A DNA stretch of 64,000 nucleotides, from NCBI GenBank assembly GCA_002070645.1, contig MWDQ01000150.1:36261-100260 (forward strand). The letters are read 5' to 3'. Positions 1-11,116 of this stretch are shown here, in pieces. The position numbers and the translations under genes were made by a program. The DNA is from a candidate division TA06 bacterium ADurb.Bin131. Lineage in GTDB: Bacteria; Ratteibacteria; UBA8468; B48-G9; DTJG01. How positions within the stretch are numbered: position 1 is the first letter of the stretch; every line of letters starts with the position of its first letter. A model generated the notes under the pieces. That model worked only from the letters and a program-made list of their open reading frames with translations. It did not search any database and was not told where the DNA came from.

Positions 1-472
1 CTTTCTCATTGAGACATCCAAGTTTTTTTGCTATAAGGAAACATATTTCTCCAACAGACGAACGATCACAACTGACCAGATTAATATCTCCAAAAAGGGT
101 ATTGCCTTCATGATGATCAATATTTATAATCACCCGAGCATCTGAAATATCCTCAAAAGGTCTGCCTACCCTTTCTTTACTACTACAGTCAAAAACTATA
201 GCAACATCAGGTTTAAATCTTAAGCGCCTGTATATCTCAGGGTTTACTATTTTTGAAAAATAAGGAAGAAAATTAAATACTGGTCGCGCAGAAAATTCAT
301 TAACAATAACTACATTTTTCCCAAGGTTAATCAACATATCAAAAAAAGCCAGTTCGCAACTCAATCCGTCTCCATCAGGCAGTTGATGTGTTGTCAAAAT
401 AAAATTATTGTATTTCTCTATCTCGGAACAAATTTTATCAATCAGTTTTCTTTCATGATTTGAAGTATACAT
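1..472 (-). CDS. DHH-family phosphoesterase (NrnA-like nanoRNase/pAp phosphatase), N-terminal part; the 3' end lies beyond the window
   Basis: The minus-strand ORF starts at the ATG at 472-470 (MYTSNHERKLIDKI...) and shows the DHH-family signatures LPDGDGLSC and NIDHHEGN. It runs off the window start. It overlaps the hflX stop by about 20 nt. Confidence 0.6.
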   Translation of the reverse strand, partial: MYTSNHERKLIDKICSEIEKYNNFILTTHQLPDGDGLSCELAFFDMLINLGKNVVIVNEFSARPVFNFLPYFSKIVNPEIYRRLRFKPDVAIVFDCSSKERVGRPFEDISDARVIINIDHHEGNTLFGDINLVSCDRSSVGEICFLIAKKLGCLNEK

Positions 473-1604
473 AACCACCTATCATTTCTCCTATTTTCGT
501 TCTTAAATCATTAAATCCAGAACCAGTCCTTGCTGAAATAAAAATACCGTCGGGGTAAGTTCTTTTAAGAATATTCAACTCTGTTTCATCTATAAGATCT
601 ATCTTGTTAAATACATTAATCCTCGGTTTACCCTGAATCTCCATCATTTCGAGAACATTGTTAATTGTTGTAATCTGTCTTTCTAAATTCAGCCCAACTA
701 CATCAATAAGACAAATAAGTGCATCTGCAAACCTTATTTCTTCGAGGGTTGCCCTGAAAGCAGCAATAAGATGATGTGGAAGAGAAGAAAGAAGTCCAAC
801 AGTATCTGACATCAAACAAAATCTACCCTCGCCAAGATATACCAGACGCGTGAGAGGATCAAGTGTAGAAAACAATCTATTATCAACGGTTGCATCCTGC
901 TTGTGAATAAGTGCATTTAAAAGCGTACTCTTACCAACATTGGTATAGCCGAGAAGTACAGCGACTGGAAGATTTTTGCGACGCCTCGTTGCACGAATAA
1001 TCTCCCTGTGCTTTTCAATTTCCTTTATCTTCTGATTCAAAAATCTTATCCTTTCCCTGGCTCTTCTCCTATACACCTCTAATTTCTGTTCGCCAGGTCC
1101 TCTTGTTCCAATTGTACCGCCCAATCGTGAAAGTTGCCCAGAATATCCTGCAAGCCGTGGCAAAAGATATGTTGTTTGTGCAAGTTCAACCTGAAGTTTT
1201 CCTTCAAGAGTATGCGCATGTTTTCCAAAAATTAAAAGTATAAGGACCGTCCTATCAATCACAACAAGATTCAAGAGTTCCTCGAGATTTCGTTGTTGAA
1301 CAGGAGTAAGTTCTTTTTCAAAAATTATAAGTTCACATTTATACATATTGATAATCTGACGAATCTCGTTAATTTTGCCTTTACCAATATAGGTTGCCGG
1401 GTGAATAGGATCTGGATGCCTGATAAAAATAGAATGAACAACATGAATGTTAACAGTCGCTGCCAGGGATTTTAATTCCTCGAGATTTTCTGAACCTGCT
1501 GCATTACTTGTTTTCTCGTTGAATACTATTATTAGTGCCTTTTTCCCTGAAATATTATCACCTGTAAAAACATTAGGATGTTGCATCAGTGGTTTGAATC
1601 CCAA
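453..1604 (-). CDS. hflX: GTPase HflX
   Basis: An HflX-type N-terminal domain is followed by a GTPase domain with G1 GYTNVGKSTLLNAL, G3 DTVG and G4 NKID. The GYTN(A/V)GKST form of G1 is the HflX hallmark. Confidence 0.85.
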   Translation of the reverse strand: MGFKPLMQHPNVFTGDNISGKKALIIVFNEKTSNAAGSENLEELKSLAATVNIHVVHSIFIRHPDPIHPATYIGKGKINEIRQIINMYKCELIIFEKELTPVQQRNLEELLNLVVIDRTVLILLIFGKHAHTLEGKLQVELAQTTYLLPRLAGYSGQLSRLGGTIGTRGPGEQKLEVYRRRARERIRFLNQKIKEIEKHREIIRATRRRKNLPVAVLLGYTNVGKSTLLNALIHKQDATVDNRLFSTLDPLTRLVYLGEGRFCLMSDTVGLLSSLPHHLIAAFRATLEEIRFADALICLIDVVGLNLERQITTINNVLEMMEIQGKPRINVFNKIDLIDETELNILKRTYPDGIFISARTGSGFNDLRTKIGEMIGGYVYFKS

Positions 1605-1899
1605 TAATTTTGATGACGCTTATATAATCGCGATGTCCAATTTTGCGATGATAACCAGTTTTTTTCTTCTTCTTAAAAACATGAATTTTTTCTCCTTTTT
1701 TTTCATCGACAACCTCAACAAGTACAGAATAGTTTTTAAGGGATGCCTTGTCGACAATAAGTACCCCGTCCTTTTCAATCGCAGAGATATCCTGAATTGA
1801 AAATTGTTCTCCTTTTTTATGATTAACCCTAAATATCTCAATAATATCACCATCCTGAACATGAAACTGCCTTCCAGATATTCCAATTATTGCTTTCAT
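1573..1899 (-). CDS. rplU: 50S ribosomal protein L21
   Basis: The 108-aa protein has the L21 pattern (MKAIIGISGRQF...HVFKKKKKTGYHRKIGHRDYISVIKI), comparable to bacterial L21 KKxGHRQxYT. Its start overlaps the valS stop. Confidence 0.85.
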   Translation of the reverse strand: MKAIIGISGRQFHVQDGDIIEIFRVNHKKGEQFSIQDISAIEKDGVLIVDKASLKNYSVLVEVVDEKKGEKIHVFKKKKKTGYHRKIGHRDYISVIKIIGIQTTDATS

Positions 1900-4556
1900 T
1901 ATTGCTCCCTGGTTAAAAGTTTAAGATTCTTTTCAATCTTTTCAATCTCATATTTAAGTTCATCTCGGAGTTTTTTTGTTTTTTCTATAACATCTTCGGG
2001 TGCATGTGTCAAAAATTTATCGCTTGAGAGTTTATTTTCGACCCCCTCAAAAATTTTCATAATCTTGTCTCTTTCACCTATTAATTTTTTCTTTTCTGCT
2101 TCAAAATCAATAACTCCCTCTGTTTTCATAGAAAACCAGCCATTGCCCCATATTTTTACAATCTCGCCATCAGGTATATTCTTTATTGAATTTTTTTCTT
2201 TACTATTGAATTTTACCTTTGCAAGAAACTCAACAATCTTCCTGTATTCATCGTTTGAAAGCAGTAAAATTCCGTAATAATCAACATCTACATTTTGATT
2301 TACAGGTATCCTAAAACCAGTTTTTACGTCTCTGATTTCTATCACAATATTTTTAATCTCTTCCATATTCTCCAGTGTTTCCTCAAAATTAAAACCATAT
2401 GGTCGAGGCCAGGAACTCTTTGTAATAAAGTCTGCATCAACATCTACAAATCTTTGTAAATGATGCCATAACTCTTCTGTAATAAAAGGAACAAATGGAT
2501 GTAAAAGTTTCAGTACCTTTTCCATAACATAAAACAGAGATGGAATAACACATGAAACAAGGTACTGGTCTTTTTCAGAATACATCTTTGACATTTCAAT
2601 ATACCAGTCACAATATTGATGCCAGAAAAATTCATAGATACAATCAGATGCCTCATTAAACTTAAAATTTTCGAGACACTCACAAATATGTCGAATATTC
2701 TGGTCAAGAAGCGTAAGAATCCATTTTTCTTGTAAATGCAGCCCTTTTGCATTCTCGATTACCGACGCAAAAGAAATTTTATTAACCTGGTTTTTTTCTG
2801 CGAGTATCTCAAGATACCTGAAAGAGTTCCAGATTTTATTTAAAAAGTTTCTTCCTTTATAATAAAACTTATCCGGCAGAAATACATCCTGACCAAACGA
2901 GGTTAATGAAATCAAACCAAACCTTAGAGAATCAGCACCTGATTCATCTATAATTTCAACTGGATCAATTGCATTACCGAGCGATTTACTCATTTTTCTT
3001 CCGGTTTCATCCCGCACAGTTCCGTTTATGTAAACAGAACTGAAAGGTTTTTCTCCCATGAATTCAAAACCAGCCATAACCATTCTTGCTACCCAGAAAA
3101 AAAGAATTTCCTGGGCAGTAACAAGGGTATCAGTTGGATAAAAAATTTCAAGATCCTTTGTTTTTTCTGGCCAACCAAAAACCGCAAATGGCCATAGCCA
3201 CGATGAAAACCATGTATCAAGGACATCAGGATCCTGAACAATCTTATCACAACCACAGCAAGGGCATACCACGGGTATTTCAATGCTGACGATAGGCGGA
3301 CATTTTTCATTTGCACAGTACCACACTGGAATTCTATGCCCCCACCATATCTGCCGACTGATACACCAATCTTGAATATTATCCAGCCATTGAAGATATA
3401 CCTTTGTCCATCTTTCAGGATAAAATTTAAGATCCCCATCGACAACCACCTTTATGGCTGGAATGGAAAGGTCTTTCATTTTCACAAACCATTGCCGTGA
3501 GATATAAGGCTCTATTACAGTATCACACCGATAACAATGTCCAACTCTGTGTGTATAAGGTTCAATCTTCTCTACAAGATTCTTCTCCTGCAATTGCTGA
3601 AGTATTTTTTCTCTGCAGGAAAATCTATCGAGCCCCGCAAAATCAACGGCATTTTCATTCATCTTACCAGTTGTATCCATCACAGTAATAAATTGAAGAT
3701 TATGTCTTCTGGCGATATTATAGTCCTGAGGATCATGCGATGGAGTTACCTTTACAGCACCTGTTCCAAATTCTCTCTCAACATTCTCGTCAGCAATAAT
3801 CGGTATTAACCTGTCAACAAACGGTAGATTAACCATTTTCCCGATTAATCCTTTATATCTGGTATCCTCAGGATGAACAGCAACAGCAGTGTCACCGAGC
3901 ATTGTTTCGGGTCTTGTTGTTGCCACAACAACAAAACCATTTCCTTCTACAGGATATCTAAGATAATAAAGATAGCCATCTTCTTCTCTATATTCAACCT
4001 CTTCATCTGATAAAGCCGTGGTACACCTTGGACACCAGTTAATAATTCTTGTTCCTCTATAAATAAAACCTTTTTCATACAAACTAACAAAAACTGTTTG
4101 AACCGCTCGAGAGAAATTCTCATCCATTGTAAATCGTAGCCGACTCCAATCACAGGATGCTCCAAGTCGTTTCAATTGTTCAATAATTCTATTGCCATAT
4201 TTTTCCCGCCATGACCATACTTCTTTTAAGAATTTTTCTCTTCCGAGAGATTCCCTCGACAGACCTTTTTTCATCAATTCTTTTTCTACAACATTCTGGG
4301 TAGCAATCCCAGCATGATCTGTACCAGGAACCCACAACGCATTAAATCCCTGCATTCTTTTCCAGCGTATAAGAATATCCTGTATTGTATTATTTAATGC
4401 GTGTCCAATATGAAGATAACCTGTTATATTTGGGGGAGGAATCACAATCACATAGGGTTCCCCATCATATCTATCTACACGAAAACATCCTGACTCTTCC
4501 CATTTTTGGTACCAATATTGTTCTATTTCTTTAGGGTGGTATCTATCTTTTTCCAT
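1899..4556 (-). CDS. valS: valine--tRNA ligase
   Basis: The 885-aa protein carries the class I HIGH motif (PPNITGYLHIGHALN) and KMSKS (KMSKSLGN), plus ValRS-typical editing and anticodon-binding regions and a C-terminal coiled coil. Confidence 0.95.
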   Translation of the reverse strand: MEKDRYHPKEIEQYWYQKWEESGCFRVDRYDGEPYVIVIPPPNITGYLHIGHALNNTIQDILIRWKRMQGFNALWVPGTDHAGIATQNVVEKELMKKGLSRESLGREKFLKEVWSWREKYGNRIIEQLKRLGASCDWSRLRFTMDENFSRAVQTVFVSLYEKGFIYRGTRIINWCPRCTTALSDEEVEYREEDGYLYYLRYPVEGNGFVVVATTRPETMLGDTAVAVHPEDTRYKGLIGKMVNLPFVDRLIPIIADENVEREFGTGAVKVTPSHDPQDYNIARRHNLQFITVMDTTGKMNENAVDFAGLDRFSCREKILQQLQEKNLVEKIEPYTHRVGHCYRCDTVIEPYISRQWFVKMKDLSIPAIKVVVDGDLKFYPERWTKVYLQWLDNIQDWCISRQIWWGHRIPVWYCANEKCPPIVSIEIPVVCPCCGCDKIVQDPDVLDTWFSSWLWPFAVFGWPEKTKDLEIFYPTDTLVTAQEILFFWVARMVMAGFEFMGEKPFSSVYINGTVRDETGRKMSKSLGNAIDPVEIIDESGADSLRFGLISLTSFGQDVFLPDKFYYKGRNFLNKIWNSFRYLEILAEKNQVNKISFASVIENAKGLHLQEKWILTLLDQNIRHICECLENFKFNEASDCIYEFFWHQYCDWYIEMSKMYSEKDQYLVSCVIPSLFYVMEKVLKLLHPFVPFITEELWHHLQRFVDVDADFITKSSWPRPYGFNFEETLENMEEIKNIVIEIRDVKTGFRIPVNQNVDVDYYGILLLSNDEYRKIVEFLAKVKFNSKEKNSIKNIPDGEIVKIWGNGWFSMKTEGVIDFEAEKKKLIGERDKIMKIFEGVENKLSSDKFLTHAPEDVIEKTKKLRDELKYEIEKIEKNLKLLTREQ

Positions 4557-4565
4557 CTAATATCC

Positions 4566-4859
4566 TTATCTTTCAAGTGAATAAAAACTGATTTCTTCCC
4601 GTATAATAATAACATCTCCTGTTTCTTCAAAAATGTCTCTTATTGATGTAAAAACATCCTCTGCTTTTTTTGCATCTGAATTAACATATGCAACACCCAT
4701 AACACTCCTCTGCCATTTATCATGAAAATCAAGTTCAGCGATTGAAACATTAAAACGGTTTCTTGATTTTACAAGAATTGACTGCAATATACTTCTTTTT
4801 TCTTTAAGGTTTTGCGCGTATGGTATATGTAATTCAACCCTCCATACCCCAACAACCAT
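4566..4859 (-). CDS. DUF503 family protein (YlxP-like)
   Basis: The N-terminus reads MVVGVWRVELHIPYAQNLKEKR, the typical DUF503 opening. I moved the start to the internal ATG at 4859; the ORF track starts 4 codons upstream at 4871. Confidence 0.55.
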   Translation of the reverse strand: MVVGVWRVELHIPYAQNLKEKRSILQSILVKSRNRFNVSIAELDFHDKWQRSVMGVAYVNSDAKKAEDVFTSIRDIFEETGDVIIIREEISFYSLER

Positions 4860-4932
4860 CTTTTCCTCCACAGGTGTTTATAAATGATTCTATAAGAGGG
4901 CAATATAGTTAATTATTATAGCCTATTTTTCC

Positions 4933-6075
4933 TTATTTTCCCTTCAGAATAACCCTTAAAACCTCTTCAACAACCTTCTTTAATGGAATACCTTCTCTGA
5001 TAGCAACCGCCTTGCAATCTTCATATTCTGGCATAATATTTACTGGCTCTTTTGATGAAAGATATGCAATCTTTACATTTATATCTCCATATTTTGTCTT
5101 TATTTTTCTTATTCTTCTTTCAAGAATAATTCTTTCTTCTTCCCTATATCTGATGCCAAGTGTTGTGGTTTCCTTAAAAATAATCTCTGAAATTCTCTGT
5201 TTCTGCTCAGGCCGACACATAATTCTTATTGAGAATATCGGCCTTGATTTTTTTGTGATTCCTGTAAAAAAACTCACCTCGAGAGCACCTACCTTATACA
5301 AAACCTCCATCAAATGGTCAAAAACCAGAGGATTCATATCATCTACAGATGTTTCAAGAACCCCTATTCTTTCAAAATTGCTACCTATATTTTTGCCATA
5401 TGAAAATTGCACGACATCTGGCAAATCTGTCAGTAAAGTGCCAGTTCCATATGAATAGTTTTCAAATAAAAATGGTGGTGTATCCTGATATGATTCAACA
5501 AGTGTTTTGATAATCGAGATGCCCGTTGGCGTTGTTGATTCAAAATCAAAATTGCGCATGATAACCGGAATACCCGAAGCAATCTTTAATGTTGCAGGTG
5601 CAGCACAGGAAATTCCAACAGGAGAAGCAAAAATCCTCTTTATGCCAAGAAAATCAAGGGCAATTATCGAAAAAGCAACCTCAACAAGGGCATCTGTCTG
5701 GCCGACAGAATGAAAATGCAATTTTTCTATTGGTTCTTCATGAACCTTGCTTTCAGCGTGCGCGAGGGTTTCAAAAACAGCCAGAATTCTTTCTTTAATA
5801 GATAAGGGCAGTCTGCTTTTGTTAAAAATTGAAACAATCTCTTTATAAGATCTCTCATTTTCTTTTTCATTTACATTTACAATAAACTGATTTGCCTTTA
5901 TTCCATGGGAATGTCCAGAGGATCTTAAAACCTGTCTTATTTCAATGCTATATCCATAAGGAAAATCAATACCATTGAGAATTTTCTTGATTTCATTACC
6001 CCCAACACACCCAGCAAGCGCACCGGCTATCATATCTCCTGCACAACCGTTTCTAACATCGAAATATCCAATCAT
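4933..6075 (-). CDS. larC: LarC-family nickel-pincer-nucleotide cofactor nickel insertase (DUF111)
   Basis: The N-terminus MIGYFDVRNGCAGDMIAGALAG matches the LarC/DUF111 signature (MxxLYFDxxSGxSGDM). The length fits LarC1 plus LarC2. Confidence 0.65.
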   Translation of the reverse strand: MIGYFDVRNGCAGDMIAGALAGCVGGNEIKKILNGIDFPYGYSIEIRQVLRSSGHSHGIKANQFIVNVNEKENERSYKEIVSIFNKSRLPLSIKERILAVFETLAHAESKVHEEPIEKLHFHSVGQTDALVEVAFSIIALDFLGIKRIFASPVGISCAAPATLKIASGIPVIMRNFDFESTTPTGISIIKTLVESYQDTPPFLFENYSYGTGTLLTDLPDVVQFSYGKNIGSNFERIGVLETSVDDMNPLVFDHLMEVLYKVGALEVSFFTGITKKSRPIFSIRIMCRPEQKQRISEIIFKETTTLGIRYREEERIILERRIRKIKTKYGDINVKIAYLSSKEPVNIMPEYEDCKAVAIREGIPLKKVVEEVLRVILKGK

Positions 6076-6081
6076 AGCGGA

Positions 6082-6366
6082 TTACTTTTCTTCTTGATAA
6101 ATCTGAGCAATCGCATTTTTTACAAAATCAATCTTTACCTCACCCACCTTAAGAGATACAATCTTGCCTTTAATCTCATCCACAGTTGCAATCATACCCC
6201 CAACAGTGATAACGCGATCACCCTTCTTAAGGTTATCAAGCATCTCTCTTCTACGTTTTTCCTTTCTTTGTTGTGGCAAAATCAGAAGAAAGTAAAAGAT
6301 AAAGAAGATAAGCAGAAGAGGTAGAATTGCCTGAAACAACGAAGCACCCTGTGCATTATTTGGCAT
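6082..6366 (-). CDS. yajC: preprotein translocase subunit YajC
   Basis: The 94-aa protein has a single N-terminal TM and the YajC core KKGDRVITVGGMIATV. It sits downstream of tgt, as in the canonical queA-tgt-yajC arrangement. Confidence 0.8.
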   Translation of the reverse strand: MPNNAQGASLFQAILPLLLIFFIFYFLLILPQQRKEKRRREMLDNLKKGDRVITVGGMIATVDEIKGKIVSLKVGEVKIDFVKNAIAQIYQEEK

Positions 6367-6367
6367 A

Positions 6368-7477
<1,110 letters not shown>

Positions 7478-7728
7478 TTAAATTTTAACACAGAACGCCT
7501 GTTTGTGTAAATGCATTCAACAAAACACCAATAAAATCCATTCCAGATTTCCCTTACAAAGAAAGGAATTAAAAAATGCGAATTGTAAAATGAAGCACGC
7601 AAAATTAAAAGCTCGAAGATGGTTAAAATTTTGCCTTTTGCATTTTGAATTGGTAATAAATGTATTCCTTACCAAAAAACCTTTTTCCTTGCCACTATAC
7701 AAGAAGAAAAAAGTATACACATCTCCTT

Positions 7729-8736
7729 CTAAATAATCAGCATTGCATCACCATAAGAATAAAATCTATACCCAGTATCAACTGCAATAGTATAAGCCTT
7801 TTGAATCAATTCAGTACCACCAAATGCACATACCATTGAAAGATGTGTTGAACGAGGCAAATGAAAATTTGTTATCATCTTATTTATATACCTAAACTCG
7901 TATCCAGGTTCAATAAATAAGTCAGTATACCGTTTACAAGCACAAATTTTATTGTTTGCTTTTTCTACACTTTCAATCGCCCTTACAGTACTTGTTCCTA
8001 CAGCGCAAATTTTTTTCCCTGTCCTAATTGCATCATTCAAAACACTGGCTGATTCTTCGGATATTTCAAAAAATTCAGGCAGAATGAGTTTTTTTTCGTC
8101 AAAACCTCTATATATACGCAATGAAGCATAACCAATATGAAGGGTTATAAACGTAATAACAACTCCTTTATTTTCTAATTCTTTAAGGATATTTTTTGTA
8201 AAATGTAATCCAGCAGTGGGCGCAGCAACTGAACCATATTTTTCTGCGTATACTGTCTGATAATCTGTTATATCTTTTTCATCATCGTCTCTCTTTATAT
8301 AAGGTGGAATTGGAACCCTGCCTATACTGAAGACCTTCTCATCATCATCTGTATCAAACTGCAAAATCCAGGAACCAACATCATTTTTTTTAAGAACTGT
8401 ACCCGAGATTTCATCAAATAATATCTGCATCCCTTCTTTAATTTTTCCTCGTATAAGAACCTCCCATATGCTGGGTTGTATTTTCTTTAATAAAAGAATC
8501 TCGATCTTTCCACCTGTTTCTTTTTTTCCGTAAAGCCTTGCTGGAATTACCCTTGTATTGTTTAAAACAAGCACATCTGAATTAGAAAAAAAATTTATGA
8601 TGTTTTTGAATATCGAATGTTCAATTTTTCCTGTCTGACGATTGACTATCATCAATTTTGCTTCTTCCCTTTGTTCAAGAGGTCTTTGAGCAATTCTATC
8701 CTGCGGAAGTTCATATTCAAAGATTTTATTATTCAT
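7729..8736 (-). CDS. queA: S-adenosylmethionine:tRNA ribosyltransferase-isomerase
   Basis: The 335-aa protein has the QueA N-terminus FEYELPQDRIAQRPLEQREEAKLM and lies upstream of tgt. Confidence 0.9.
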   Translation of the reverse strand: MNNKIFEYELPQDRIAQRPLEQREEAKLMIVNRQTGKIEHSIFKNIINFFSNSDVLVLNNTRVIPARLYGKKETGGKIEILLLKKIQPSIWEVLIRGKIKEGMQILFDEISGTVLKKNDVGSWILQFDTDDDEKVFSIGRVPIPPYIKRDDDEKDITDYQTVYAEKYGSVAAPTAGLHFTKNILKELENKGVVITFITLHIGYASLRIYRGFDEKKLILPEFFEISEESASVLNDAIRTGKKICAVGTSTVRAIESVEKANNKICACKRYTDLFIEPGYEFRYINKMITNFHLPRSTHLSMVCAFGGTELIQKAYTIAVDTGYRFYSYGDAMLII

Positions 8737-10400
8737 GGCTTATAAAAAAGCAAGATTTTAGGGTGGGCATAAATCATATCATGAAGGGTCCAGTCACAAT
8801 CAAAATATAGTTGACCAAAATGAGGTTCATTCTCAAAGATTTTTTTAAGCACAAATCCTTTTTTTTGGCAAAAATCTATCTTGTTTTGCATTTCCTTAAC
8901 TCTACTACCATAGGTAAGAAAATATTGAAGTTCTCCTATAATTAGAAAACTCCCGGAAGGTGCTGTCTCAAGATCTTTTTCTGATACTACTGCGTATCTT
9001 AATGGATTCACCGGGGGAACCTCGAATATCCATGGATCCTTTGTAAACACAAGTTTTTTATCCTGTGGAATCTCGTTGCTTATATACTCTGCTGCAAGAA
9101 TCCTTACATCCTTACAGGCCATTACCTTTGAATAAGCAACTGACTTAATTAAAACAGCCACAAGAATTAAGATACACAATGAAGAAGCAAAAATTTTTGC
9201 TCTTTTATTTTCTATCTGGAAAAAATCATTAAAAACAGAGCCTGCGCTTAAACATAAAAAAGGAAGTACCAATAAATAATATCGTGCGTACTTAAATCCT
9301 CCTGCAGTAAAAAGCGGCACAAGACAAAGAATAAGCCCTGTCAGGATTATTCTATCTTCTAATAATCTTCTTCTTGCGAGAAAATATATAGACAGGATAA
9401 ACAAAAACACAAGCAACCATGAACCAACCCAGAATGCCGCGAAAAAATTAATGAAACAGTTTATATACTGATATAAGCCAGAAGCACCAACACCTCTTGA
9501 TCCTGTCTGATATAGAATATCTCTTTTAAACTCATTAAATGCAATTATGCAGTATGGAGTTGTTATTAAAAATCCCACAAGAAACAAAACAAACAATATC
9601 AGCATATTTTTGATAAACCTACCAGGAGATTTTTCATAGGTTCTATAATAGACAAAGGGTAATAGGAATATAAGTATTCCTGCAGGATATTTTGTTCCAG
9701 TTGCAATTCCGAGTGTAAAGGCAGAAAATGCAATGTAAAAAAATTTTCTTCTTTTTACAAACATTACAATAAAAAAAAGGGAAACTATAATCCAGAAAAC
9801 CATTGGAATATCAACAGTCATATAATGGCTGTTTATTGAATATAATGGACAGAACCCAAGGCACGCAGTTGCAAAAGCAGCGCCATACCTTCCGCATAAT
9901 ACCAGTGCGACTTTATAAAATAAAATTAAACCACAAATAGCCATCAACAGCGTAATATATCTTCCTGCAAGATACATTTTTGCCATTTCATCAGGATGCT
10001 TGAAGTAATAAGAAATATCTGGTTCTATCTTTATAAATCCTGGTATTGAAAGAACCTTTAATGTAACTGCAACAAGATATATCTGAGAAGAAGGATACTC
10101 GAAAAAATGAGGATTAAAATCAAACCTTTCAGGAGACATTGTGCTTATACTTTTCAGGATATTTTGTTCATCAGGATGAAAAGAACGGATCGCATTAAAA
10201 ACAGACCTTGGCAATTTCTCTGGTAGATTTTCTTTGGAAATTTCCCAGCTGTGTTTGACATATTCTTGGGAAATATTGGCATCTTGAATATAAAAACTCT
10301 TTGTTTCTTCTGAAGGTAGTCCCCACTTTATACCTGTTGTATATAACAAAGATGCAAAGATAAAAATGCCAATAATTATAAACAAATAGGGCTTGTTCAT
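8733..10400 (-). CDS. polytopic membrane protein, putative GT-C-fold glycosyltransferase (paralog 1 of 3)
   Basis: The 555-aa protein has an N-terminal TM followed by the GIKWGLP motif, at least 9 predicted TMs and a conserved ~100-aa C-terminal soluble domain (EPHFG...HPKILLFYKP) shared with the ORFs at 20340 and 23287. It lacks the loop-1 DE motif of canonical PMT_2. Confidence 0.4.
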   Translation of the reverse strand: MNKPYLFIIIGIFIFASLLYTTGIKWGLPSEETKSFYIQDANISQEYVKHSWEISKENLPEKLPRSVFNAIRSFHPDEQNILKSISTMSPERFDFNPHFFEYPSSQIYLVAVTLKVLSIPGFIKIEPDISYYFKHPDEMAKMYLAGRYITLLMAICGLILFYKVALVLCGRYGAAFATACLGFCPLYSINSHYMTVDIPMVFWIIVSLFFIVMFVKRRKFFYIAFSAFTLGIATGTKYPAGILIFLLPFVYYRTYEKSPGRFIKNMLILFVLFLVGFLITTPYCIIAFNEFKRDILYQTGSRGVGASGLYQYINCFINFFAAFWVGSWLLVFLFILSIYFLARRRLLEDRIILTGLILCLVPLFTAGGFKYARYYLLVLPFLCLSAGSVFNDFFQIENKRAKIFASSLCILILVAVLIKSVAYSKVMACKDVRILAAEYISNEIPQDKKLVFTKDPWIFEVPPVNPLRYAVVSEKDLETAPSGSFLIIGELQYFLTYGSRVKEMQNKIDFCQKKGFVLKKIFENEPHFGQLYFDCDWTLHDMIYAHPKILLFYKP

Positions 10401-11116
10401 TAGTTTTGGAACCTGATTTGTATAAGTTCAACAAAACACTTAAAAGAATCTCTTAAAAACCTTACTGTCGTGGTTGGATCATTTGCCCATATTACACCAA
10501 TTTCTTTTATCCTGTATCCTGATTTTACTGCCCTATAAATAATCTCAACATCAAAAACAAATCCTTTATGCTTAAGTTCAGCAAATAGTTTCTTTGCAAT
10601 AGATCCTCTGAATAATTTGAATCCACATTGAGTATCAGAAAAAGGAAGATGTAGGATTGTGCGCACAAGCATTTGAAAAACCTTTCCTGATAATCTTCTC
10701 GGAAATGGTTGCTTTCTGGTAATCTGTGAATCCATTACTCTTCTTGAGCCAATTACTATGTCATATCCATTGGCAAGATAGGGCATAAATTTCTCTATCT
10801 CAGAGATTGGCGTTGATAAATCAGCATCAGAAAAAAGGATAAACTCTCCCTTTGCAACAAGTACCCCCTGAGAAATGGCTTCTCCCTTTCCCTTATTTTC
10901 TTTATAAGAAACAAGTTTGACAGAATTCAGTTTTTTGGCAATCGATTTAACTTTTGACGAGGTTTCATCACAACTTCCATCATCCACAACAACAATCTCA
11001 AAGATAATATTCTGCTTCTCAAAATATTCATTGATATTGTATAGGGTTGCCTCAATCGTGTTTTCCTCGTTATAAGCCGGAATTACTACACTAAGGTTTA
11101 CAGTATCTTTGTCCAT
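10400..11116 (-). CDS. GT2 glycosyltransferase, polyprenyl-phosphate sugar synthase-like (DPM1/ArnC/GtrB type)
   Basis: Motifs: LSVVIPAYNEE...IVVVDDGSCDET...SDADL. The ~240-aa length is typical of Dpm1/ArnC-like enzymes. Confidence 0.7.
   Translation of the reverse strand: MDKDTVNLSVVIPAYNEENTIEATLYNINEYFEKQNIIFEIVVVDDGSCDETSSKVKSIAKKLNSVKLVSYKENKGKGEAISQGVLVAKGEFILFSDADLSTPISEIEKFMPYLANGYDIVIGSRRVMDSQITRKQPFPRRLSGKVFQMLVRTILHLPFSDTQCGFKLFRGSIAKKLFAELKHKGFVFDVEIIYRAVKSGYRIKEIGVIWANDPTTTVRFLRDSFKCFVELIQIRFQN

Noticed and set aside
1293-1800. Plus-strand ORFs 1293..1475 and 1447..1800 (60 aa and 117 aa) and many similar 60-150 aa ORFs listed antisense to large genes (e.g. 2510..2752, 3089..3445, 5012..5458, 6377..6835, 40188..40643, 41276..41728, 44651..44950)
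   Set aside because: They lie entirely inside, and antisense to, well-supported conserved genes (hflX, valS, larC, tgt, metG, pnp). They are low-complexity, have no recognisable motifs and are the kind of spurious ORF AT-rich DNA routinely produces.
7503-7736. 77-aa ORF in the queA-tgt spacer (also the antisense 7517..7720 ORF)
   Set aside because: Lys-rich, low-complexity translation with no motif and no RBS. It is more likely non-coding regulatory DNA, which I report as a finding instead.
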